A DNA stretch of 64,000 nt from assembly GCA_020026225.1 (NCBI GenBank), contig JAHHQU010000002.1, positions 16,810-80,809 of the forward strand, in the 5' to 3' direction. Below, one piece after another: positions 10,428-18,882 of the stretch. The notes beneath the pieces were generated by a model. That model was not told where the DNA came from. It saw nothing but the letters and a program-made list of their open reading frames with translations, and did not search any database. Both the position numbers and the translations under genes were made by a program. This stretch comes from Phocaeicola sp. GTDB lineage: Bacteria > Bacteroidota > Bacteroidia > Bacteroidales > Bacteroidaceae. How positions within the stretch are numbered: the first letter of the stretch is position 1; each line of letters begins with the position of its first letter.

Positions 10428-10492
10428 ACAAAAAACGATTAGTTAGTAAAATATATCTCGTTTAGTTGTATTTGTATTTTGTATTGTAGCTT

Positions 10493-10527
10493 ACGCTGCC
10501 AACCTGTGAAGGCCGGCAGCGTTTTTT
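10493..10527 (+). terminator. Intrinsic terminator after gdh
   Basis: ACGCTGCCAACC-TGTGAA-GGCCGGCAGCGT followed by TTTTT. Confidence 0.8.
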
Positions 10528-10595
10528 GCAGATAAATACAAGAATCAAGGTATTCTTCATGAAAGATGTACGTTATATATATAAAAACGTAAATC

Positions 10596-12350
10596 ATGAA
10601 GTTCTATTGTTTACTTTTCTTTTTAGGAATGTCACTGGCTGGCTGTGTCTCAGATCTTGATGAGATGGCAGCTTCTGAAACCGATGTAGTCATCTATGGA
10701 AATGACACAAGAGTATTTAATGGCGAAAAGATGAAAAGCAGAGGTTCGTCTCTCATTCAAGAGGGTGACAGTCTCTCCTTATTTGCACAGAAAGGAATCG
10801 TTGCTGAAAACCAAAAGCTCACACTCACAGGCAACTCTTGGGTTTGCCATCCTCCTTTAAAGTGGAGCAAAGAAGTTCTTGACGCAGAGATAACAGCCTA
10901 TTCACCTGAATTCCCTAAAAACGCAGAGGACTTCTATACCCAAGACGGGCAATTGAAAGACTATTTGGTTTGTAAAGGAAACTTTGCATACCACACAGCT
11001 ATCCAACTGCACTTCAACCACTTATTCGCACAATTTTTGTTTGAAGCAGACCCACTGCTGAACAAAGAGCTGAAAAGCATTACCTTCATTCCATCCGTGA
11101 AAGTAAAATCCATCGAACCTTACCAAGCACGTCTATCTTTGGAACCAGCAACGGAACAACAACACATCCATCTTTCACACAGGAAAGATGCCTCATACTC
11201 CATCCTCGTACCTTCCTCCGACACTTTATCCCTGAAAATAGAGATAGAAACACATGCTGGAGAGGTACTGACCAAAGACATCTCCGCCTTTCGTTGCGAA
11301 TCGGGCCAATGCTATCGAGCTACAATAAAGAAGAAAGGAAGTCAAATAGGCATCTACAATGCGGAAGATTTCATCGCTTTCTCATACCTTATCAACAATT
11401 ACCCTTATGAAGGACATAATTTAAGCCAATACGGAGAAACAAAAAATGGAGTCACCACTTACTATTTAAGAGAGGACATTCATTTTTCAGAGAAAGACCG
11501 AAAACGCGTACAACAAATTGGAGACAGATTAACCAGTGAACTGAAAGCTACCAAGTTCAGCGACGTATTCGACGGTCAGAACCATACGCTGCACAATCTA
11601 TGGATAGAAAAAGAATTCACTAGAGAATCAGGATTGTTCCAACGAATCAGTTCCAAAGGAATTGTAAAAAACCTGTGCATAGAAGGCTCAACGGCTAGAG
11701 CAGGAAAAAATGTAGACATAAATGGACTCTTATGTGGAAACAACGAGGGCAGAATAGAAAATTGCCACGTCATCAACTCGACCATCATTACAACAAAGGG
11801 ACCCATTGGCGGCATCATCGGACACAATATAGGAACTTTATATAACAGCAGCGTTCAAGGCTTATGCATTGACACGACCAATCCGAGAACGGAATATCTT
11901 GATTTTGCAGGTCTCTGCTTGAACAATACCCCAACGGGCAAAATATTGAATAGCTACGCAGTCAAGATAACGCTGAAAGCCAACAAAAAATTGCGAAATA
12001 AATATTCGGCCTTAACCTACGCAAATGAAGGCACGATAGAGAACTGTTTCAGTGATTCATGCGACAACAAGATACAAGCACTTTGCTGGTATAACAGATC
12101 CGAACACATAGAATGGTGCTATTATCCCAAAGAACGCTATACAAACCACTTGATTGGTAAAGGTTCTACCCAACAATACCTCTCGGAGAAACACATCAAA
12201 TACTTTACTCACAGCCAGGAAAGCAAACAAGCAACTACTGATCTTTTGAACGAATGGATTCAAACTCGAGGAGCCGAACTGTATGCAGATTATCAGTTTT
12301 TACCATGGAAATTGGAATCCGACCTTACCATTACCTTCGATTCCTTCTAG
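10596..12350 (+). CDS. Fimbrillin-family (type V pilus-like) lipoprotein with C-terminal GLUG/beta-helix-like domain
   Basis: Lipobox LAGC. The N-half has fimbrillin-like motifs (GDSLSLF, ITAYSP, DYLV, LHFNHLFAQ). The C-half has FDGQNHTLHNL, GLF, GIVKNL, GLLCGNNEGRIENC and GGIIGHN repeats. Confidence 0.7.
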   Translation: MKFYCLLFFLGMSLAGCVSDLDEMAASETDVVIYGNDTRVFNGEKMKSRGSSLIQEGDSLSLFAQKGIVAENQKLTLTGNSWVCHPPLKWSKEVLDAEITAYSPEFPKNAEDFYTQDGQLKDYLVCKGNFAYHTAIQLHFNHLFAQFLFEADPLLNKELKSITFIPSVKVKSIEPYQARLSLEPATEQQHIHLSHRKDASYSILVPSSDTLSLKIEIETHAGEVLTKDISAFRCESGQCYRATIKKKGSQIGIYNAEDFIAFSYLINNYPYEGHNLSQYGETKNGVTTYYLREDIHFSEKDRKRVQQIGDRLTSELKATKFSDVFDGQNHTLHNLWIEKEFTRESGLFQRISSKGIVKNLCIEGSTARAGKNVDINGLLCGNNEGRIENCHVINSTIITTKGPIGGIIGHNIGTLYNSSVQGLCIDTTNPRTEYLDFAGLCLNNTPTGKILNSYAVKITLKANKKLRNKYSALTYANEGTIENCFSDSCDNKIQALCWYNRSEHIEWCYYPKERYTNHLIGKGSTQQYLSEKHIKYFTHSQESKQATTDLLNEWIQTRGAELYADYQFLPWKLESDLTITFDSF

Positions 12351-12436
12351 GAATATGCATTTTTTAGCGGAATCGAATCTGAGCAATCATAATTTATTGT
12401 ATTTTTGCACTCAAGAGAAATAAAATACCAAGATTT

Positions 12437-13309
12437 ATGAATAAGAATAAAGTACTCGTTATAGCCATTGTAGTTTTAGCCGTTTTTTTTGCCGGAACAT
12501 CTTTTTTCGCCTTCTTTCAGGTGAAAAAGAATCATGAGATGACTGAACTTTTTGCGGTTGAGAAGGAAGAAATGGAAAACGAATACAGCACTTTCGCTAC
12601 TCAATACGATGAACTTCAGATTCAAATCAACAACGACTCGTTGCGCGAAAAGCTAGAAAGTGAAAAACTGAAAACCCAACGTCTTCTTGAAGAATTACGT
12701 CAGGTGAAAACAAGCAACGCAAGTGAAATCATGCGTTTGAAGAAAGAGTTGAAAACAGTCCGTGCGGTTCTGAGAACTTACGTCGTTCAAATAGACTCCT
12801 TGAATAAAATCAATGCAGCTTTAACAGAAGAAAATAAAGCCGTAAAGAACAAGTACCGTGCAGCCACTACGCAAATCAATAATCTCGCCCAAGAGAAGAA
12901 GAGCTTGAATGAAAAAGTTTCTCTTGCAGCTCAGTTGGATGCAACCAATATCGTAGTAACCCCATTGAACAAGCGAGGCAAAAAGGCTCGTAAAGTAAAA
13001 GACACCAAGAAATTCTCTATCTCATTTACTATTGTAAAGAATATCACGGCAGAAACAGGCAACAAGACTTTATATGTCCGCATTGCCAAACCGGACAACG
13101 ATGTACTGGTGAAGAATGCATCGAATGTCTTCAAATATGAAGATAGAGACATCAACTATTCAATAAAGAAATACATAGAATATACAGGTGAAGAACAAAC
13201 TGTGACCGTTTATTGGAACGTGGAAGAATTCTTACCAGGAGGTACTTATCACGTATATCTGTTTGCCGATGGCAACATGATTGGCCAAAGTTCTTTCTTC
13301 TTGAAATAA
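12437..13309 (+). CDS. Conserved hypothetical protein: N-terminal TM anchor, long coiled coil, C-terminal beta domain
   Basis: Hydrophobic N-terminus, heptad-rich residues about 30-165, and a beta-rich C-terminus (GTYHVYLFADG). A -7 box lies at 12400-12407. Confidence 0.8.
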   Translation: MNKNKVLVIAIVVLAVFFAGTSFFAFFQVKKNHEMTELFAVEKEEMENEYSTFATQYDELQIQINNDSLREKLESEKLKTQRLLEELRQVKTSNASEIMRLKKELKTVRAVLRTYVVQIDSLNKINAALTEENKAVKNKYRAATTQINNLAQEKKSLNEKVSLAAQLDATNIVVTPLNKRGKKARKVKDTKKFSISFTIVKNITAETGNKTLYVRIAKPDNDVLVKNASNVFKYEDRDINYSIKKYIEYTGEEQTVTVYWNVEEFLPGGTYHVYLFADGNMIGQSSFFLK

Positions 13310-13318
13310 AGATTCAAT

Positions 13319-14692
13319 ATGATTAGAATTAAGAAACTTATAACCTTATTCTCAAGCTGTTTACTGCTTACGGCATGGTTTACGTCGTGCGGCAAAGACA
13401 GATCGGGAGAATATTATGCCTTGATTGCCACTCAGAATTGGATTTATGAAACCATGCAGGAGAAGTATCTTTTCTACGAAGACCTCCCTTCCGAAGACCA
13501 AATAAACTTCTTCAACCGACCGCAGAAATTTGTGGCTTCTATCGTATCTAAGAGAGATCAAAAAAAAGGATATGCATTTTCACATGCTGATTCTATTTTT
13601 CCATCTCAACGTTCACTCGATAATCCGCTTCCTTCTTTTGGCATAGAGAGTGCTTTGATTCGCTTGCCGAATGGTGCAGAAGCCGTTAGAATCATCTATA
13701 CACAAAAGGATTCTCCCGCAGAAGAAGTCAACTTGAAACGCGGTGATTGGATTATCGCCATCAATGGGAAAAAGATAAACAGTAATTCATACCACACGTA
13801 TATCAGCGAGCCTCAACAAGCTTGTCAGTTCACCTTAGGCAGCTTCAACGGAAAAGAGATTGACACTTTGCAAGTCGTACAAATGCCTGCACCTCGCCCG
13901 GTCGCTCAGAATAATCTGTTGAAAACTCAACTCATTACAAGTGGCAGCAGAAAAGCTTTCTATATTCTGTACAACGAATTCGGCGAGGATGAAAAACAGT
14001 TGAAAGAGTTGTTTGCTCAAATGGAAACCGTACATTTTGATGACGTTATCCTCGACTTGAGATATAATCCGGGTGGTTATGTAATGACTTCTCAGGTTTT
14101 ATGCAGTAACCTTGCTCCTGCTTCGGCTTTGGGACATCCTTTCTTGCAGATGAAATTCAACGACAAGATCAACCGTACTGACAGCTACAATTTGGAACCT
14201 TCCTTATTGGGTGCTGCATCGCCTATCCAATACCAGAACTTGTATGTGCTGACCACAGACAATACGGCTTCTGCTTCTGAAATTGTAATCAACGGTTTGC
14301 GTCCTTATTTGAAGGGAAATTTATTCCAAGTGGGTACCAATACCTACGGAAAGAATGTAGCTCAACAATCTTTCATGGATAGCAGAGCCCCACAAATCCA
14401 ATTGTGGCTTACCACTGCAGCACTCAGCAATTCTGAAGATTTCGGAGATTATTTCACCGAAGGACTGAAACCTGATTTTACCATTAAAGAAAACCTTACA
14501 GGACCTTTGGCTCCTTTAGGTGATGAAAAAGACGAATTGATGGTCCCCGTGCTTTATCACATGGCCAACGGTATCTTCCCCACTCCACCACCCGTCGAAA
14601 AGATGTCAAGAGCCATGAAAGAAAGTAAAGTACTTTTTAATTCAATCGAGAAGAAACCTAAATATTGTTTGTTCAACAACAAGGCTGAATAA
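13319..14692 (+). CDS. S41-family (C-terminal processing) peptidase lipoprotein with PDZ domain
   Basis: Lipobox FTSC, PDZ (SPAEEVNLKRGDWIIAING), ILDLRYNPGG, TASASE (Ser) and TYGK (Lys). Confidence 0.9.
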   Translation: MIRIKKLITLFSSCLLLTAWFTSCGKDRSGEYYALIATQNWIYETMQEKYLFYEDLPSEDQINFFNRPQKFVASIVSKRDQKKGYAFSHADSIFPSQRSLDNPLPSFGIESALIRLPNGAEAVRIIYTQKDSPAEEVNLKRGDWIIAINGKKINSNSYHTYISEPQQACQFTLGSFNGKEIDTLQVVQMPAPRPVAQNNLLKTQLITSGSRKAFYILYNEFGEDEKQLKELFAQMETVHFDDVILDLRYNPGGYVMTSQVLCSNLAPASALGHPFLQMKFNDKINRTDSYNLEPSLLGAASPIQYQNLYVLTTDNTASASEIVINGLRPYLKGNLFQVGTNTYGKNVAQQSFMDSRAPQIQLWLTTAALSNSEDFGDYFTEGLKPDFTIKENLTGPLAPLGDEKDELMVPVLYHMANGIFPTPPPVEKMSRAMKESKVLFNSIEKKPKYCLFNNKAE

Positions 14693-14761
14693 ATAGGCAT
14701 TCCTAATTCACCATAAAGCTTTGCATCTGTTTGCAGGTGCAAAGCTGATTTTTTTGTATTT

Positions 14762-16072
14762 ATGAAACGTAAAATCCATTTATTTCCAACACTTGTTCTT
14801 TGGTTCTGTATATGCTCACTCTTACCGATAAAAGGGGAAGCTGTTACCTCCTCTCTGCACGGTGACGACAAGACAACCTATACGTTTACTCTTCTGAAAG
14901 CTACAGGAGAACCTCAAACGGATGTATTCGTAAAAATCAAGTACGAAAGCAGTAAATATGCTGCCGATTCTAATGGAGTCATCACATTCGAACGCAACAA
15001 GAAGTCATACAATAAAACCGCAGAATTCTATTTCAACCATCAAACGAAACAATCGGTCAAGACCCTCCTGCTGAATCAAGAACAAGCAGAGCAAACGTTC
15101 TACCTCGACAGCCAAGAAGATATTCAGAACTACAAACGGACGAACCAGCTGTTCCCCATTGAGGGTATAGTAAAAGATACTGATGGAGAACCTGTAGAAG
15201 GAGCAACAATAAGCATTCAAGGAACCGGAAGAGTTACCTATACGGATGAAATTGGCCTGTTTAAAATTGAAGCTGATTTCAACCATCCCGTCGTCATTCG
15301 TGCTGACGGAATGACCAACCAATCTTTTCCTATCCAACATTTCTTCACTCCCGAAGAAGAAGGTACCCTTGTCGTCATGCAGGCGAAAGGACAGCAGAAG
15401 GTTTATTCCAGCGTAGAGAAAATGCCTTCTTTTCCTGGGGGAATGAAAGCCTATAGAGAATACCTCGATCACCATTTGGAATATCCAAAGAAGGCAAAAG
15501 AAGCCCAAATAGAAGGCGTGGTAGTAGTGCAATTCATTGTCGAAAAAGAAGGGGAAATAAGCAACGCACGTGTTGTCAGACACCTCGAAGCCTCATTGGA
15601 CTCTGCCGCTGTAAGAGCAATCAGAGAAATGCCGTCATGGATTCCTGCTTCCGATTATGGAAATGCTGTACGATGCAAATATTCCTTGCCGGTATCCTTT
15701 AAAATACCTAAGCCTGTCCTTGCTCAAAAAGACAGTATTACAACCAATAACGCACGTTTGGCCATGGACAGCTTAAAAGTGAACTCTCTTCCTTTGAGAA
15801 CCAAGCTCGACAGCATTCCATTGGACAGCACTCTACTGGACAGCATGACCATCGACAGCGTGAAAGTAAAGGCTCAGCAGATTCAGTCAATCGCAGACAG
15901 TTTGAAGAATGTAAACCTGAAGAACGAACAACTTCTTTCAGACAGCACATCGGTCAACAGAGAAGTTCAGGCAGAGGTCAAGAAACGTCCGAAAGGCTTT
16001 GTACGTTTCTTCCGTAAATTATTCGGAATAGAGCGTAAAGAAAGAAAAAGAAATAGCCTCTCGATCAAATAA
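14762..16072 (+). CDS. TonB C-terminal-domain protein with carboxypeptidase-regulatory-like domain(s)
   Basis: Signal peptide, GIVKDTDGEPVEGATISIQGT...TDEIGLF, and TonB_C motifs VEKMPSFPGG...LEYP...IEGVVVVQFIVEKEG...LDSAAVRAIREMPSWIPA...YSLPVSF. Confidence 0.85.
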   Translation: MKRKIHLFPTLVLWFCICSLLPIKGEAVTSSLHGDDKTTYTFTLLKATGEPQTDVFVKIKYESSKYAADSNGVITFERNKKSYNKTAEFYFNHQTKQSVKTLLLNQEQAEQTFYLDSQEDIQNYKRTNQLFPIEGIVKDTDGEPVEGATISIQGTGRVTYTDEIGLFKIEADFNHPVVIRADGMTNQSFPIQHFFTPEEEGTLVVMQAKGQQKVYSSVEKMPSFPGGMKAYREYLDHHLEYPKKAKEAQIEGVVVVQFIVEKEGEISNARVVRHLEASLDSAAVRAIREMPSWIPASDYGNAVRCKYSLPVSFKIPKPVLAQKDSITTNNARLAMDSLKVNSLPLRTKLDSIPLDSTLLDSMTIDSVKVKAQQIQSIADSLKNVNLKNEQLLSDSTSVNREVQAEVKKRPKGFVRFFRKLFGIERKERKRNSLSIK

Positions 16073-16480
16073 AGACTCGTTGAAAAAAGATTCAGACTTA
16101 CAGATAATGCCATCCAAGACTAAAATCAACTGACTCACCGCTACTGAATTTCCACAAAATGACGGTCCAATACCTTAATAAAAGCCGTCTATAAATACCT
16201 TATTTTTAATGCCCTCCGAATGTTCATTGTCTGACCTTCGAAGGGCAGTTATAGTATATCCATCCATTTATCTGCTGACATACGTCGGCAGATAAATACT
16301 TAAAGGAACAAATACAAGAATGACTCTCTATTGGATTATTAAGGAAAAGCCTTATCGTATGAACTTACGGAAAGCAGCTTTTCAGGAAAGCCAGTCTAAC
16401 CTTCCTTGATAGAGATTGAAAAGAAATGGGTACAACCGATTCCTAACCGGAGCTTGGTTAGGAATCAATTTATCCTTTAT

Positions 16481-16528
16481 AAAAAAAAACAGGATCCAGA
16501 TATAAAAAGTCTATCTGAATCCTGTTTT
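16481..16528 (-). terminator. Intrinsic terminator of the GH20-GH20-GH92 operon
   Basis: A-tract plus AACAGGATCCAGATA...TATCTGAATCCTGTT. Confidence 0.7.
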
Positions 16529-16557
16529 CTCATTTACACCCTCTTGTGAACGGTGTC

Positions 16558-18789
16558 TTATTTACAGTGGAACACAAGTTCGCTTCCATGAATCAAATCT
16601 TTATGAGAGATGCGATACTTTCCGTATTTCTTGCCATTCAAACGAATAGCATCAATATAGCCATCTCCTCCTTCTTTACGGATTACCAATTCTTCCTTAT
16701 CCCAATATTTCGGATCTAATTTGATAGTCACCTTATCAAAAGTCGGAGTAGTCAATGAATACTCAGGAACACCCGGACAATCAGGATACAATCCCATCAT
16801 ACTGAAGATAGCCCAAGCCGACATCGTACCAGCATCTTCATTACCTGGCAAGCCATTTGGTTTGTCTGTAAAATGCTTAGCCAATAATTCCTTGACCAAT
16901 TTCTGGGTACGCCATTCCTCACCCTTGCAATAAGTGAACAAATATGGATAAGCAATATCTGGCTCATTAGCTGGGTCGTAATAACCTTTATCAAATACCA
17001 TCTGAAGCTTGTTCACGAAACGTTTCTGACCGCCCATCAACTTCATCAAACCTTTGATATCATGAGGTACATAGAAAGTATAATTCCAAGCATTACCTTC
17101 GTGGAAACCAGGAGAAGGTTCGAAGTTCGCTCCTTGCAGCGGATCAAATGGAGAATAGAATTCACCCGACTGTTTGATAGGACGCAAAGTACCGAATTCT
17201 TTGCAATAATAGTGCTTGTATCCCATTGAACGATTGAAGAACAATTTTGCATCTTCTTTCTTTCCCAAAGCCTGAGCTAAAGTAGAAAGTGAATAATCAG
17301 CGATATAATACTCCAATGCATGAGATACAGAATTATCGAACTGAGACTCCATCGGACAATAACCTCGTTCCATATAGGGATCGTTATCTGGACGCATCAA
17401 GTTATCCTTTCCTGGAGTTGTAGCCGACTTGTACATGCCTTCATAAGCCAAATTGATGTCAAAGCCACGCAAGCCTTTCATCCAAGAATCCACAATCACA
17501 GGAATAGAAGGGTCTCCTTCCATTGTATAAGTCTCACGACCATACAACTCCCATTTCGGGAACCATCCGTGTTCCTTATACATACCCATCATGGTATGAA
17601 TCATATCCATCTGACGTTCTGGATATACCAAAGTAAACAGCTGGTGTACATTACGGTAAGTGTCCCACAAAGAGAAGACAGTATAGCGGTTATGATTCGT
17701 TGTCAGAATTTCATTGCCTTCCATTTGAGGATATTGTCCGTTTACATCCTGCAATACATTCGGATGAATCAAAGCATGGTACAAGGCAGTATAAAATACG
17801 CTCTTCTGAGATTTAGTACCTCCTTCAACGAGAATTCTACCCAAATCATCATTCCATTTTGCACGAGCATCTTTACGAATCTGTTCAAAGGTAGTACCTT
17901 CTGGCTGTTCCGTATTCAAATTCAAACGTGCATTTTCAATGCTCACAAAAGAAACACCGATGCTTACTTCTACTTGTTCTCCTTCTTCAGTGTCAAATGA
18001 GAACCAAGAGCCGATGTCATCTCCACTCATATCCTTCAAGTATGACTTGTAGAGCTTGTATGAACCTGCATGGGCATCCCAAGCAGCCTCAGCCTGCATC
18101 TCACGCTGCATTTTCCAATAGCCACGTTCTTGTGGAGCCTTGTTGATACGCATCACGAAATAGATGGGGAATACCGCATCTGCTGTATAGCAGAATGTAC
18201 CTAACAATTTAGAACCTTCTATTTCACGTTCGTTTACAAAACGTACCGTAGCACCGCTTTCGTTGGTCAATCCTTCGCCCAAGTTCATCAGCAGATTAGC
18301 CTGGCCTTGTGGAAAAGTAAAGCGGGCACGGCTGGTACGTGCAGTAGCGGTCATTTCACAGCGAATACCATATTTAGTCAGAAGATTCGTGTAATAACCA
18401 GGAGTTGCCATTTCATCGGTATATTCACTTCCATAAGAACGGTAATCCACATTCAATTTACCGGTAGTAGGCATCAAGAGAAGAGAACCCATATCTGGAC
18501 ATCCCACCCCACTCAAATTGACATGAGCGAAACCGGTCAGGTATTTGTTATTCACCTCATACGGAGTTGACCACCACTGTTTATCTTTATCAAACTTGTT
18601 TTCAGCAGACCCCATTACATTAAAAGGTGTCGCCGACATCATTCCTTGTGGAACTACTGCACCTGGATTGGTCGTACCGAAATTGGTAGTACCCACAAAT
18701 GGATTCACGTAATCAGCAGGCTCTTGAGCAAACAAAGCAACCGCTGCATTACAGACGAAAAGAGATGCTAAAAATAATTTTTTCATCAT
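16558..18789 (-). CDS. GH92 alpha-mannosidase
   Basis: YVNPFVGT, PGAVVPQGM, FYTALYH, FSLWDTYR, EGNAWNYTFYVPHD, NEPD and LPGNEDAGTMSAW motifs, plus a signal peptide. Confidence 0.93.
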   Translation of the reverse strand: MMKKLFLASLFVCNAAVALFAQEPADYVNPFVGTTNFGTTNPGAVVPQGMMSATPFNVMGSAENKFDKDKQWWSTPYEVNNKYLTGFAHVNLSGVGCPDMGSLLLMPTTGKLNVDYRSYGSEYTDEMATPGYYTNLLTKYGIRCEMTATARTSRARFTFPQGQANLLMNLGEGLTNESGATVRFVNEREIEGSKLLGTFCYTADAVFPIYFVMRINKAPQERGYWKMQREMQAEAAWDAHAGSYKLYKSYLKDMSGDDIGSWFSFDTEEGEQVEVSIGVSFVSIENARLNLNTEQPEGTTFEQIRKDARAKWNDDLGRILVEGGTKSQKSVFYTALYHALIHPNVLQDVNGQYPQMEGNEILTTNHNRYTVFSLWDTYRNVHQLFTLVYPERQMDMIHTMMGMYKEHGWFPKWELYGRETYTMEGDPSIPVIVDSWMKGLRGFDINLAYEGMYKSATTPGKDNLMRPDNDPYMERGYCPMESQFDNSVSHALEYYIADYSLSTLAQALGKKEDAKLFFNRSMGYKHYYCKEFGTLRPIKQSGEFYSPFDPLQGANFEPSPGFHEGNAWNYTFYVPHDIKGLMKLMGGQKRFVNKLQMVFDKGYYDPANEPDIAYPYLFTYCKGEEWRTQKLVKELLAKHFTDKPNGLPGNEDAGTMSAWAIFSMMGLYPDCPGVPEYSLTTPTFDKVTIKLDPKYWDKEELVIRKEGGDGYIDAIRLNGKKYGKYRISHKDLIHGSELVFHCK

Positions 18790-18882
18790 TTGTTATTCAT
18801 AGTGATTCCGGCAGAGGTCGATCTGCCAGAATCGTGTTAGTAATCAAAAAAAAGAGTCCATCCGTCACAATGAGCCATTTCG

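Noticed and set aside
10439..10490. TTAG and TTGTA micro-repeats after gdh as a CRISPR or repeat array
   Set aside because: The units are only 4-6 nt with no spacers, which fits a low-complexity 3' UTR. I saw no CRISPR array or cas gene anywhere in the window.
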